A stretch of 61,222 nucleotides of DNA, counting the filler. It is 10 parts of 10 records of this genome, joined end to end, with 100 filler letters (N's around TTAATTAATTAA, not from the genome) between each part and the next. Parts side by side here need not be neighbours in the genome. Positions count along the whole stretch, not along the records: positions 16,479 to 24,806 come from SRR20825010_5001; positions 24,907 to 29,293 come from SRR20825010_5003; positions 29,394 to 35,165 come from SRR20825010_5007; 7 more parts are not named here. One strand, 5' to 3'. Below the pieces are notes generated by a model. That model made no database searches, had not been told where the DNA came from, and saw only the letters and a list, made by a program, of their open reading frames with translations. A program made the translations under genes and the position numbers. Below are positions 21,890 to 32,173 of this stretch, piece after piece. Numbering within the stretch: the first letter of the stretch is position 1; each line of letters begins with the position of its first letter.

Positions 21890-23485
21890 ATGAAACGATC
21901 TTTTGTTGCAGCGGTAGTTACCGCAATGCTGGCAGCGGGTGCCGCAGCACCTGTCCTAGCCGAAACGCCGCCGAACATGTTGGTGATCGCCAACCGCATC
22001 GACGACATCAAGACTTTTGACCCGGCCGAAAGCTTTGAGTTTGCGGGCGCTGACGTCAGCCGCAATGTCTACAACAAGCTGGTGAACTTCGATCCGCTGG
22101 ACCTGGATGCCGGTTATCAGCCGGATCTGGCCGAAAGCTGGGATATTTCCGAGGATGGCAAGACCATCACCTTTACCATGGCGGACGGCCATGTGTTTGC
22201 ATCGGGCAATCCGGTGACGGCCAAGGATGCGGAATTCTCGCTGCGCCGCGCCGTGCTGCTGAACAAGACGCCGTCATTCATTCTGACGCAGTTCGGCTTT
22301 AGCGCCGAGAACGTCGAACAGACCATCGTTGCAACCGATGACAAGACACTGGTCCTGACGCTGGACAAACCCTACGCCGTGTCCTTTGTCCTGAACTGCC
22401 TGACCGCCACCATCGGCGGGATTGTCGACATGAAAACCGCCATGGCCAATGAGGTCGACGGCGACATGGGCAACGCGTGGCTGCGCACCAACACCGCCGG
22501 TTCCGGCCCCTACAAGGTCGTCGACTGGAAACCGAATGAAAGCGTCCTGATGGACCTGAATCCGAACTACGGCGGCGAAAAGCCCGCCATGGAACGGGTG
22601 ATCGTCCAGCACATTCAGGAAAGCGCGACACAGCGCCTGCAGCTGGAACGCGGCGACATTGACGTTGCGCGCAACCTGTCGCCCGAGGATGTGGCCGGTT
22701 TGGAAAAGGTCGATGGCGTCAAGATCGTGGACGAACTGCGCGGCCGCCTGATGTATTTCTCGGCCAACCAAAAGAACGAGATGCTGTCCGATCCCAAGGT
22801 GCTTGAGGCGCTGAAATTTGCCACCGACTATGAGGGCATGTCCGGGTCGTTCCTCAAGGGGCAGTACACCGTGCATCAGGCCTTCTTGCCGCTGACCTTC
22901 CTTGGCGCGCTTGAGGACAAGCCCTTCTCATACGACATCGAAGCCGCCAAAGCCGCGCTGGCTGAGTCCGCATTCCCGGAATGCGGTCCGATCAAGATCT
23001 CTGTGCGCGACGCGCAGGAACGCCTTGATATTGCGCAATCTTTGCAAAACACATGGGGCATGATCGGATGCGATGTCGAACTGATCGTCGGCACCGGCGC
23101 GCAGACGCTGGACCGCTACCGTGCGCGTGAGCATGACATCTATCTTGGCGCATGGGGGCCGGACTACCCGGATCCCAACACCAACGCGGGCACCTTTGCC
23201 GTCAACCCCGACAACTCTGACGCGGCGGGGGCCACTGGCCTTCTGGCATGGCGCAATGCCTGGGGTATTCCGGAGATGAGCGAGCAGACCCTTGCCGCCG
23301 TGGTCGAGAACGACACCGATAAACGGCGCGAGATGTATCTGGCCCTGCAGGCCGAGCATCAAAAGGTCAGCCCCTTTGGCGTGATGTTCCAGCAGATCGA
23401 ACAGAACGGCATGGGTGCCAGCGTCGAGAACTTTGTCGCCGGCGGCGCGACGACGGCGGTCTCCTACTGGGTCATTACAAAGTAA
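21890..23485 (+). CDS. dppA: Peptide ABC transporter substrate-binding protein (family 5)
   Basis: Signal peptide; PDLAESW, VTAKDAEFS, GSGPYKV, WGPDYPDP. Confidence 0.85.
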   Translation: MKRSFVAAVVTAMLAAGAAAPVLAETPPNMLVIANRIDDIKTFDPAESFEFAGADVSRNVYNKLVNFDPLDLDAGYQPDLAESWDISEDGKTITFTMADGHVFASGNPVTAKDAEFSLRRAVLLNKTPSFILTQFGFSAENVEQTIVATDDKTLVLTLDKPYAVSFVLNCLTATIGGIVDMKTAMANEVDGDMGNAWLRTNTAGSGPYKVVDWKPNESVLMDLNPNYGGEKPAMERVIVQHIQESATQRLQLERGDIDVARNLSPEDVAGLEKVDGVKIVDELRGRLMYFSANQKNEMLSDPKVLEALKFATDYEGMSGSFLKGQYTVHQAFLPLTFLGALEDKPFSYDIEAAKAALAESAFPECGPIKISVRDAQERLDIAQSLQNTWGMIGCDVELIVGTGAQTLDRYRAREHDIYLGAWGPDYPDPNTNAGTFAVNPDNSDAAGATGLLAWRNAWGIPEMSEQTLAAVVENDTDKRREMYLALQAEHQKVSPFGVMFQQIEQNGMGASVENFVAGGATTAVSYWVITK

Positions 23486-24544
23486 ATGCCCGATACCCAA
23501 GCTCGTAGCGAAGGACGGCAGATGCCGTCCTTCCCTCCGTGGCTGAGAAAGACGCTTGCCACGGTCGCGACCGTGGCGGCGACGATCCTCGGTCTTCTTT
23601 TCGTGACGTTCATGATCGGCCGGGTGATGCCGATCGACCCGGTTCTGGCCGTGATCGGCGAACGGGCGACACAAGAACAATACAATCAAACCTATATCGA
23701 CCTTGGACTGGATCAGCCGCTGCTGGTGCAATTCGGGATCTATGTGAACGACGTTCTGCACGGCGATTTCGGCAAATCGATCCGCACCGGCCAAGAGGTC
23801 ACCACCGACATCGCCCGTGTGTTCCCCGCGACGCTGGAACTGGCCACGCTGGGCACCATCATCGGCATCGTTCTGGGTGTGCCGCTGGGTGTGGTGGCCG
23901 CCGTCCGGCGCGGCAGCTGGATTGACCAACTGGCCCGGTTTGTCGGGCTGATTGGCTACTCCATGCCCATCTTCTGGCTGGGCCTTGTGGGGTTGCTGGT
24001 GTTTTACGGCATCCTTGGCTGGGTAGCCGGGCCCGGACGTCTGGGGATCTTCTATCAGGGGATCGTGGAGCCGATCACCGGCATGTTGCTGATCGACAGC
24101 GCACTGCGTGGCGAATGGACGGTGTTCAAGGACGCGTTTTCGCACATCATCCTGCCCGCCGCCTTGTTGGGCTACTATAGCCTTGCCTACATCAGCCGGA
24201 TGACGCGCTCCTTCATGCTGGAACAGCTGGGCACGGAATATGTCACCACAGCACGGGTCAAGGGACTGAGTGAATGGCAGGTCGTCTGGGGCCATGCCTT
24301 TCGCAACATCCGTATCCAGCTGATCACCGTGATCGCACTGGCATACGCCAACCTGCTGGAAGGGTCCGTGCTGACAGAGATCATCTTTGCGTGGCCGGGA
24401 CTGGGCAGCTACATCACGACCTCGCTGTTGGCCAATGACATGAATTCTGTCTTGGGCGGCACCATCGTGATCGGCACCATCTTTGTCGGGATCAACATCT
24501 TTTCCGACTTGCTCTACCGCTTCTTTGATCCGAGGTCCAAATGA
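23486..24544 (+). CDS. dppB: Peptide ABC transporter permease
   Basis: GDFGKSI, FPATLEL, EYVTTARVKGL, EIIFAWPGLG. Start may be 23522. Confidence 0.85.
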   Translation: MPDTQARSEGRQMPSFPPWLRKTLATVATVAATILGLLFVTFMIGRVMPIDPVLAVIGERATQEQYNQTYIDLGLDQPLLVQFGIYVNDVLHGDFGKSIRTGQEVTTDIARVFPATLELATLGTIIGIVLGVPLGVVAAVRRGSWIDQLARFVGLIGYSMPIFWLGLVGLLVFYGILGWVAGPGRLGIFYQGIVEPITGMLLIDSALRGEWTVFKDAFSHIILPAALLGYYSLAYISRMTRSFMLEQLGTEYVTTARVKGLSEWQVVWGHAFRNIRIQLITVIALAYANLLEGSVLTEIIFAWPGLGSYITTSLLANDMNSVLGGTIVIGTIFVGINIFSDLLYRFFDPRSK

Positions 24545-24806
24545 CCAGCACATCCAGCACACAAGGACTGCGCAGCTGGCTGCTGTCAGAAGAACCCAGT
24601 TCGCGCCGACAGGCCCGGTTTGCCTCTTGGTACAAGGGCTGGCTGACGTTCCGGTCAAACACGCTGGCGATGTTCGGTCTTGCCGTTCTGGCGTTCCTGA
24701 TCCTGGCAGCCATCTTTGCGCCGCTGCTGGCCAGCCATGATCCCTTTGCGCAGGATCTGGGCCAGCGGCTGTTGGCCCCGGGTGACAACGGGCATCTTCT
24801 TGGCAC
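24541..24806 (+). CDS. dppC: Peptide ABC transporter permease, N-terminal fragment
   Basis: AIFAPLLASHDP...RLLAP...HLLG; truncated at the linker. Confidence 0.8.
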
Positions 24807-24906
24807 NNNNNNNNNNNNNNNNNNNNNNNNNNNNNNNNNNNNNNNNNNNNTTAATTAATTAANNNNNNNNNNNNNNNNNNNNNNNNNNNNNNNNNNNNNN
24901 NNNNNN

Positions 24907-26188
24907 CGCGTACGTCGGCACCGTCCACTGCGGCTGCGCGGTCTTTTGCGGTTGTGAAAGGCGTCATTGCCCAGTCCGGCCCTTCGCGGTCCAGCCCGGC
25001 ACGCATTGCAAGCGCCGCGAAACGCAGCCTTGCACTTCGCTTTGGTGCCGGTCCGGTGGCAAAGGCAGCGGCGATACTGTCCCAATGCTGCCCAAGCTGC
25101 GCCGAGATGGCCTTCGGCAGGGCAGGCGGGGTGGCGGCAAGGGTCGGGGGCAGTGCAGCCAGTGCCGCAGCCCAGTTGTTCACAAGGTCCTGGGGCCGTT
25201 CCAGGTGGGCAACCAGACCGTCGAATTTCCGATAGGCAGGCCGTGCAACCAAAAGCCCCGGCACACCATATGCCGCCGCAGCGATGTAGCCGTGCAGGGA
25301 AGAACCTGCATAGGCCCTTGCATGGGCAAGCAGTGCCGCGACATCGCGCAACCCTTCGGGCCGGTCAAGCGCAACTGCCGGGGTGCCCCGGTCGCGGGTT
25401 GCCGCAGCAACATCGCGTGCGATGCGGTCATCGGCATGTGCTGTGCCCAACCCGATCAGGACCGGCGTCAGGTCCAGCGACCGGCAGGCTGCCGCCAGCC
25501 CATCCGCAAAGGACGGGATCGGTTCGCCGCCCAGCGATCTTTGCCGCACATGGACGGCCAGCACGCGATCCTTCCGTTCCAGTCCCAACTGGGCGCAGAG
25601 GCAGGAAAAGTCATCTGCCAATCCGTCCCGAGGCCAGATGCGGTCCAAGCCCAGGATCGGGTCCGGCACGATTGTTGCCGTGGGAGCATTGGCCATACGG
25701 GCGGACCCTGCATCCCGCAGCGACAGGTAATCCGCAGCGGCAAAGGCTGCGGTGGCAAGGGGGACGACACCCTGGCGCAGCGGGTGCGGCGCGCCTGGCG
25801 CGTTCCAGGCGACGGGTACGTCACGCAAGGCCGCCGCCAGGGTCGATCCCAGCCAAACGGAAGGCGCGACCGCCGCACCAATGCCTTGACCGCGATATTC
25901 CCTCAGGGTGTCCATCCGGTGCGTATGCACGATGTAGCCGCCCCCGATCAGGATGCCGGCAAATGACCTGCCGGGATCGAGGGCCGACCAGATCGGACGG
26001 CTCGGAACAGCCTGCTTCAGATTGATCGCGGCCCCGGTTGGCGAAAGCGCCTGCACCTGGTATCCGCGCAGGCCCAGTTCATGCGCCGCCACCACGGGGA
26101 ACATCAGGTCGCCGAAGTTGAGCATGTCGAACATGCCGGAAATCAGAACCTCCCTGGAGCCTTCTGATCCGGGCACATCCGATGTCAT
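24907..26188 (-). CDS. Polysaccharide pyruvyltransferase family protein (3' truncated)
   Basis: NFGDLMFP, ILIGGG, LSLRDAGS, VPDP, SSLHGYIAAAAYGVP; start overlaps the ACP stop. Confidence 0.8.
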
Positions 26189-26472
26189 ACTGTGGCGGAA
26201 CGTTCGCTGATCCGTTGCGCGATATGCGAAGACAGTGCTGCAACGGAAGGGTTGTTGAAGACCTCGCTCGGGCTGACCTCAATCTCGTATTGTTCTTCCA
26301 TCATGCCGCACATGATGGTGATCTCAACGGAATCCAGACCATAATTGTCAAAGCGGTCGTCGACCGGGAAAGAGTCCTTCGGCATGTCGATCACGGATGA
26401 AATATAGTTCACCATCCAGTCGCTAACCGCAGCCGCGCGGGTGGTGTCCTCTGAGGTTCCGTTGGTGTGCAT
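26185..26472 (-). CDS. Stand-alone acyl carrier protein
   Basis: YGLDSVE phosphopantetheine site; FNNPSVAALS. Confidence 0.9.
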   Translation of the reverse strand: MHTNGTSEDTTRAAAVSDWMVNYISSVIDMPKDSFPVDDRFDNYGLDSVEITIMCGMMEEQYEIEVSPSEVFNNPSVAALSSHIAQRISERSATV

Positions 26473-26560
26473 GGACGTCCTTTCGTCGGTGAATTGTAGA
26501 ATAGCAATTGACTTGAAACGCAGTATTCCCTTTCCTCAGACGACAACCAAAAGGATAGCC

Positions 26561-27313
26561 ATGTCAAGCGAATGCGCCCTGAGATTGAAAGAAAGTGACT
26601 ATGATTTCGCCATTCTCCATCCAGCGCTGCGTCGCCTTTTTGGGGCAAGCGATCTGTACAACTATGGCTATTGGCGCGACGCCGATGGTGGGCGTGTCAC
26701 GACGTTGCCGGAGGCCGCAGCAAGGCTGGTCCAACTGCATGTAGAGACCGATCCGGGGCGTGGCAACACCCGTCGTGTACTTGATGTGGGGTGCGGGCTT
26801 GGCGCATGCACCGGGATGTTCGCAGCCGCCTACCCGGATGCAGAAATCACCGGGGTCAACTACTCTGCGCGCCAGATCGCCCATGCGAAACGCTATCATG
26901 GCGGTCCGCGCATCAATTTCCGACAGATGGACGCGACGGCGCTGGATTTTCCGGACCAGAGCGTTGACTGCATTCATGCTGTCGAAGCCGCCATGCATTT
27001 CAACCCGCGCCGCAGGTTTTTCGAAGAGGCGCGCAGGGTTCTTGTACCGGGCGGACGGTTGATCCTGACCGATGTTCTGGCGCGCAGGCCGACGACCTTC
27101 ATTCCCGCCGCCAACAGCGAATCAACGATCAGCGACTATGCCCGGACCTTGGTGGAAACCGGGATGCAGCCCATTGATATTTCAGATATCCTTGCCGATA
27201 CAGCCGCGCCCTTTGCCAAGGCAATGCATGATAATGCGATGCATGCCTACGGGCGTGCCATCGAAGACGATGTTTCAGGCTATCTTCTTGTCCAAGCCGT
27301 GACTCCCGGCTGA
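26561..27313 (+). CDS. Class I SAM-dependent methyltransferase
   Basis: YNYGYW, VLDVGCGLG, DATALDF, RVLVPGGRL; resembles natural-product O/C-methyltransferases. ATG 26561 follows AAGGA. Confidence 0.85.
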   Translation: MSSECALRLKESDYDFAILHPALRRLFGASDLYNYGYWRDADGGRVTTLPEAAARLVQLHVETDPGRGNTRRVLDVGCGLGACTGMFAAAYPDAEITGVNYSARQIAHAKRYHGGPRINFRQMDATALDFPDQSVDCIHAVEAAMHFNPRRRFFEEARRVLVPGGRLILTDVLARRPTTFIPAANSESTISDYARTLVETGMQPIDISDILADTAAPFAKAMHDNAMHAYGRAIEDDVSGYLLVQAVTPG

Positions 27314-27416
27314 CCGCCCAGCAGATTGCTGTCAATTCGCTGGTCCTGTTTTTTGAAAGGCGGTCCATTGCCGGTGCAGTCACTGTCCTTGCCATCGCAG
27401 GAACCTCAGCAGCGGG

Positions 27417-29255
27417 TCACTTTCCCGCCTCTGGCGGCGACGGCGTTTCAACGTACCAGCAACGGTGCCTGTCAAACGGGTATCCCGGCAGGTCGGGTGC
27501 CGCTGGGTCCGCTTCTGTGACGGCGCGGGTATCAAGCGTCGCACCGGCAAGATGCAGTGCAAGCAGGGCTGCCGGGAACTCTCCGGTCGGGGCCGAGACC
27601 CTGACGGCGCCTGTTCCGCCCGCATCTGATGCGACAAGGTCCGGGCAGGCCCGGCAAAGGGCGGCGAACGCGGCTTCGGACAAGGGTTCCGGCGTTTCAA
27701 GCATGACGTGGCCCAAAAGCCGTGCGGGCTTTTGCGCTGGGCCGGAAACGATCCTGCCCGCAGCCGCCCTGGCCTCTGCGATGGTATCGGCCTGAAACCC
27801 GGCGCGCAGGTTCAGACCACCCCACCGGCGCGTTACCGTGGCCGACAGCCTGTGCAAGCAGACCCGCGGATCATCCAGCGCGGCAAGAAGCTGTGTTGCC
27901 CGATGGCGAAGTGCCGCCGGACTGGCGGCAGACAGCAAAAACAGGTGGCCGCCTGATGTCGTTCGGGCAACTGCACCCGGCGCTGCCGCCGCGTGGGCAT
28001 CGGCGCAACAGACGATGGCATGGCAATTCAGCCCGCTCATGCCGAAGGAACTGACGCCAGCAACCCGGCGCTGGCTTTGCCATGCGCCTGTTACCTGCGG
28101 CACTTGGAACGGAAGGGCGTTCCAGTCGATGCGAGGGGAGGGCGTTTCAAAATGTGGCTGTCCCGGCAGGATGTTGTCGCGCACCATCACAATCGCCTTG
28201 ATCAGGCCTGCGATGCCCGCTGCCGCCTCCAGATGACCGACAGCGGCCTTGATCGACCCAAGTGCAGCAGGTGGACGTTTCCGGTCGGCAAAGACCTCAG
28301 CGAGGGCCAGTGTTTCTATCGTGTCTCCAAGCGCTGTTGCGGACCCATGCGCTTCGATTGCGCCGATATCGTCCACTGTGACCCCGGCAGACCGCATCGC
28401 CCCTGTGACGACCCGCACCTGTCCTGCGCGCGACGGGGCGCTCAAGCCGTTGCTGCGCCCGTCCTGGCCGGTCGCCCAGCCCGGCAGGACGGCGTGGATG
28501 CGGTCGTTGTCGGCCAGCGCATCCGGCAGCCGTTTGAGCACCACGATACCGCAGCCTTCGGACCGGACGAACCCATCCGCGCCCGCCTCGAATGGACGTG
28601 TCTGGCCAGTGGGGGACAGGACATTCATTTTCCCCAGCGCCATGAAACCGGCTGGGTTCAGCAGCACATTGACGCCGCCGGCCAACGCAATATCGCAGTG
28701 GTCCAGGCGCAGCGCGTCGCCCGCCAGGGTCACGGCCGTCAGGCCCGAAGAACAGGCGGTATCCACAGTCAGCGAAGGCCCGGTAAGGCCAAGGCAATAG
28801 CTGACCCTGCCGGAAACAGCGGCGTTCTGTACCGCATTTGGCAGATGGGCATTGCTGGCAAAATCCGGGGATCGCGCCATTTGCATCGCATGGTCGGAGG
28901 ATGCCACACCGACGTAAACCCCTGCCGGAGTGCCTTCGAGATTGGCGGGAGACAGGCCAGCATCCTCCAGCGCATGCCAGGCCATTTCCAGAACCAGACG
29001 TTGCTGCGGGTCCAGCAGCGGCGCTTCATTGGCAGAGATGCGAAAGGGATGGCGATCAAAGCTGTCTATGCCGTCCACCAGGCCCATCGCCTGGACCGGC
29101 AGGCGGTCCGCCCCCATCAGCGCCAGACGCGCAGGCGTTACCGGGCCGGTTCCGCTGCGGCCCGTCCGCAGCATATCCGCCAGATCCGCCACAGAGTCCG
29201 CGCCGGGAAACCGGCAGGCCATGCCAACAACTGCAATCGGGACCTGCGACGTCAT
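27417..29255 (-). CDS. Type I PKS-like ketosynthase lacking a full AT domain
   Basis: IAVVGMACRFPGA, DPQQRL, DTACSSG, EAHGSAT, GHLEAAAG, VSSFGMSG; ends with the post-AT linker LPGYPFDRHRCW at only 612 aa. Confidence 0.9.
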   Translation of the reverse strand: MTSQVPIAVVGMACRFPGADSVADLADMLRTGRSGTGPVTPARLALMGADRLPVQAMGLVDGIDSFDRHPFRISANEAPLLDPQQRLVLEMAWHALEDAGLSPANLEGTPAGVYVGVASSDHAMQMARSPDFASNAHLPNAVQNAAVSGRVSYCLGLTGPSLTVDTACSSGLTAVTLAGDALRLDHCDIALAGGVNVLLNPAGFMALGKMNVLSPTGQTRPFEAGADGFVRSEGCGIVVLKRLPDALADNDRIHAVLPGWATGQDGRSNGLSAPSRAGQVRVVTGAMRSAGVTVDDIGAIEAHGSATALGDTIETLALAEVFADRKRPPAALGSIKAAVGHLEAAAGIAGLIKAIVMVRDNILPGQPHFETPSPRIDWNALPFQVPQVTGAWQSQRRVAGVSSFGMSGLNCHAIVCCADAHAAAAPGAVARTTSGGHLFLLSAASPAALRHRATQLLAALDDPRVCLHRLSATVTRRWGGLNLRAGFQADTIAEARAAAGRIVSGPAQKPARLLGHVMLETPEPLSEAAFAALCRACPDLVASDAGGTGAVRVSAPTGEFPAALLALHLAGATLDTRAVTEADPAAPDLPGYPFDRHRCWYVETPSPPEAGK

Positions 29256-29618
29256 GACTGCGGCGCCTTCATCCGGCTTGCCAGTGTTGTTGCNNNNNNN
29301 NNNNNNNNNNNNNNNNNNNNNNNNNNNNNNNNNNNNNTTAATTAATTAANNNNNNNNNNNNNNNNNNNNNNNNNNNNNNNNNNNNNNNNNNNNACAGAGG
29401 AAGCTGAAACACCCTCAAAGAACGCCAGACGTCGCACGAATCGTTGAGGCGATGCGGCGACACCCCATCACCGGGTCACAGTGGCCCGGGCGAACGCCGC
29501 ATTCGCAGGCATGTCCGGGGCCGCATGCCGACGTTCCGCCACATCGCGGCGATTTTTGCCTGACAGTCGTGCGCATTTCGGTTTCGTTGACCGGGCTTTC
29601 ACCCAAAAGGTACCCGCA

Positions 29619-30539
29619 ATGACACCCACGACGGACCGAACCTTCATCACTGCCGCCGCACAACTGGGGCCCATTGCCCGCGATGAGCCGCGTGCAGCGG
29701 TGGTCGCCCGACTGTGCGGTTTGATGCGATGCGCACATGAACAAGGCGCGCGGGTCGTGGTCTTTCCCGAACTGGCGCTGACCACCTTCTTTCCCCGTTG
29801 GTTCATGGAGGACGCTGCCGAGTTTGATCCATGGTTTGAGACGGCCATGCCGAACCCGGTGGTGCAGCCGCTGTTTGATCTGGGCCGCGACCTGAACATC
29901 GCATTTCACCTCGGTTACGCGGAAAAAACGCCTGATGGCCGTTATTTCAATACTGCGATTTTTGTCGAAGGCGGACAAGTGACTGGCAAATATCGCAAGA
30001 TACACTTGCCCGGACATGCAGACCATCAAACGTGGCGCCCCTTCCAGCATCTGGAAAAGCGCTATTTCGAAAAGGGCGATCTTGGCTTTCCGGTCTTCGA
30101 CGGCGCGAGCGGCAAACTGGGCATGTGCATCTGCAATGACCGCCGCTGGCCCGAGACATGGCGGATGCTGGGACTGGGCGGGGCGGAGATGGTCATGCTG
30201 GGCTATAACACGCCGCTGCACTATCCGCCTGCGCCGGAGCACGACCACTTGCAGTACTTCCACAATGAATTGTCGTTGCAGGCAGGGGCCTATCAGAACG
30301 GCATGTGGGTTGTCGCGGCCGCCAAGGCCGGTCGTGAAGAGGGCTGTGACCTGATCGGCGGCAGTTGCATTGTCGCGCCCACCGGAGAGATCCTTGCCCG
30401 CGCCGCCACCGTGGCGGATGAGGTCATCACCGCGCGCGTTGATCTAGACCGCTGCGCCGAAATTCGGCGCAACGTGTTTGATTTTGCCCAGCACCGCCAG
30501 CCCGGCGACTACGGCTTGCTGACCCGGACAGAGGGTTAG
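29619..30539 (+). CDS. N-carbamoyl-D-amino-acid hydrolase-like protein (nitrilase superfamily)
   Basis: E-K-C triad motifs FPELALTTFFPRW, YRKIHLPG, ICNDRRWPE. Confidence 0.88.
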   Translation: MTPTTDRTFITAAAQLGPIARDEPRAAVVARLCGLMRCAHEQGARVVVFPELALTTFFPRWFMEDAAEFDPWFETAMPNPVVQPLFDLGRDLNIAFHLGYAEKTPDGRYFNTAIFVEGGQVTGKYRKIHLPGHADHQTWRPFQHLEKRYFEKGDLGFPVFDGASGKLGMCICNDRRWPETWRMLGLGGAEMVMLGYNTPLHYPPAPEHDHLQYFHNELSLQAGAYQNGMWVVAAAKAGREEGCDLIGGSCIVAPTGEILARAATVADEVITARVDLDRCAEIRRNVFDFAQHRQPGDYGLLTRTEG

Positions 30540-31000
30540 TGTAGTTCCACGACCGCCTCGACCTCGACCAGCGCGAGTTCCGGCAGGGAAGAGACGTTGA
30601 CGGCGGTGCGGGCGTGGCGACCCGCTTCTCCGTAGAGATCCATGAACAGCTGCGATGCCCCGTTGACCACCGCGGGGCCCTTGCCGAAATCCGGGGTCGC
30701 AGCGACATACCCGTTCAGTTTGACGACCTGTGCGACAGAGGACAGCGACCCGGTGACCGCCTTGATATTGTAGAGCAGGTTCAGCGCGCACATCTGCGCC
30801 GCTGCATAGCCCTGTTCGATATCCGACGTGGGCGTCATCGGGCCAAAGTACTTTGGCACGCCTTCCCATTCGCAAATATGCCCCGATAGGAACAGCGTCT
30901 TGCCGGTGATCTTACCGTGCAAATACAACGCCCGTGACGGCGCCGATGGCGGCAGGGACAGGCCCATACCGGCCAGCTTTTCTTCGATAGCGCAGGTCAT
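30536..31000 (-). CDS. RidA/YjgF family protein
   Basis: LFLSGH, VVKLNGYV, VNGASQLF...GRHARTAV, LVEVEAVVE. Confidence 0.88.
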   Translation of the reverse strand: MTCAIEEKLAGMGLSLPPSAPSRALYLHGKITGKTLFLSGHICEWEGVPKYFGPMTPTSDIEQGYAAAQMCALNLLYNIKAVTGSLSSVAQVVKLNGYVAATPDFGKGPAVVNGASQLFMDLYGEAGRHARTAVNVSSLPELALVEVEAVVELH

Positions 31001-32169
31001 TCGACGTCCTTTTGCAATGTCATGGCAAGGCGGATCAGCGACAGGTCGGACCCGCGCGGCCCGATCAGCGACAGCCCGTAAGGCGCGCCATCGACCTTGC
31101 CCGCGGGAAAGACTACTTGGGGCAAGCCCGCCAGCCCCGCTACGCAAAGCAGCCTTTGCGAGACATGGCGGAAGTCGTCGAAAACCTCGACCGGTGCGTC
31201 AAATCGGAACGGCGCGTCATGCACCACCGGCGCAAGGATCACGCCGTCCGCCCCCAAAAGCGCGTCCACATGCGCGGTGAACGCGGCGCGGGCCGCGCAG
31301 GCGGGGGCAATCTCATCCTCGGTCAGCGCCTCGGCGGCAGCGGCGCGCCCGTCGATGCCTCGCACCAACGGCATCCCGGACTGGCGGATGTAAGGCACGA
31401 TATGCTTTTTGGCATCCGCGCCCATGGTGGTCAGGAAGGTCTGATAAACGGTGTCGACCCCCTCTGCATACAGCCCGTCCAACGGCGCGGCGCCCAACTC
31501 GGCAAAGCCCGCGTCGCAGACCGCGCGCTGCGCCTCGCCCAGTTGATCCATCATCTCGACCGGCCACAGCAGGCGCGGGATGTCGGGCAAGGGCGCGTCA
31601 TCGCTTTGCAACACCGAATGCGCTCGCAGCAGCGTCTCACCGTCGCGCGCAAACAGCCCACAGGTGTCATAACTGGGGGCAAGCTCCATCACGCCGTCGA
31701 GTGGAATCCGACCGTGTGTCGGGCGCAGGCCCCAGATCCCGCAGAAACTGGCCGGCGCGCGCACCGATCCGCCGGTGTCCGACCCGATCGCGATGTCGGC
31801 CAAGCCACCCGCCACCGCCGCCGCAGACCCCGACGAAGACCCACCGGTGATCCGTCCGGGTGCGGCCGGGTTCTGCACATAGCCGAAATGCGCGTTCATC
31901 CCGTACATCGACCAAGCCAGTTCATCCGTATGTGTCTTGCCCACAAACGCGGCGCCCGCATCCAGCAGCGCCTGCGCGGCGGGGCAGGTGCTGTCCTTGA
32001 CCTCGGACATGGCCAAGGCCAACGGATTTCCATTGCCGGTGCGATATCCGGCGACGTCGTAGATATCCTTGACCGCCAGACGCAGGCCGCTCAGCGGGCC
32101 GTCGCCATTCGGCACCGCGATGGGCGGATAAGGCATGAAACAATGATAGGGGTCTTTGTCGATCAGCAT
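30997..32169 (-). CDS. Amidase-signature family amidase
   Basis: AVKD, GGSSSGSAAAVA, GSDTGGSVRAPA. Confidence 0.92.
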   Translation of the reverse strand: MLIDKDPYHCFMPYPPIAVPNGDGPLSGLRLAVKDIYDVAGYRTGNGNPLALAMSEVKDSTCPAAQALLDAGAAFVGKTHTDELAWSMYGMNAHFGYVQNPAAPGRITGGSSSGSAAAVAGGLADIAIGSDTGGSVRAPASFCGIWGLRPTHGRIPLDGVMELAPSYDTCGLFARDGETLLRAHSVLQSDDAPLPDIPRLLWPVEMMDQLGEAQRAVCDAGFAELGAAPLDGLYAEGVDTVYQTFLTTMGADAKKHIVPYIRQSGMPLVRGIDGRAAAAEALTEDEIAPACAARAAFTAHVDALLGADGVILAPVVHDAPFRFDAPVEVFDDFRHVSQRLLCVAGLAGLPQVVFPAGKVDGAPYGLSLIGPRGSDLSLIRLAMTLQKDVE

Positions 32170-32173
32170 CGGC

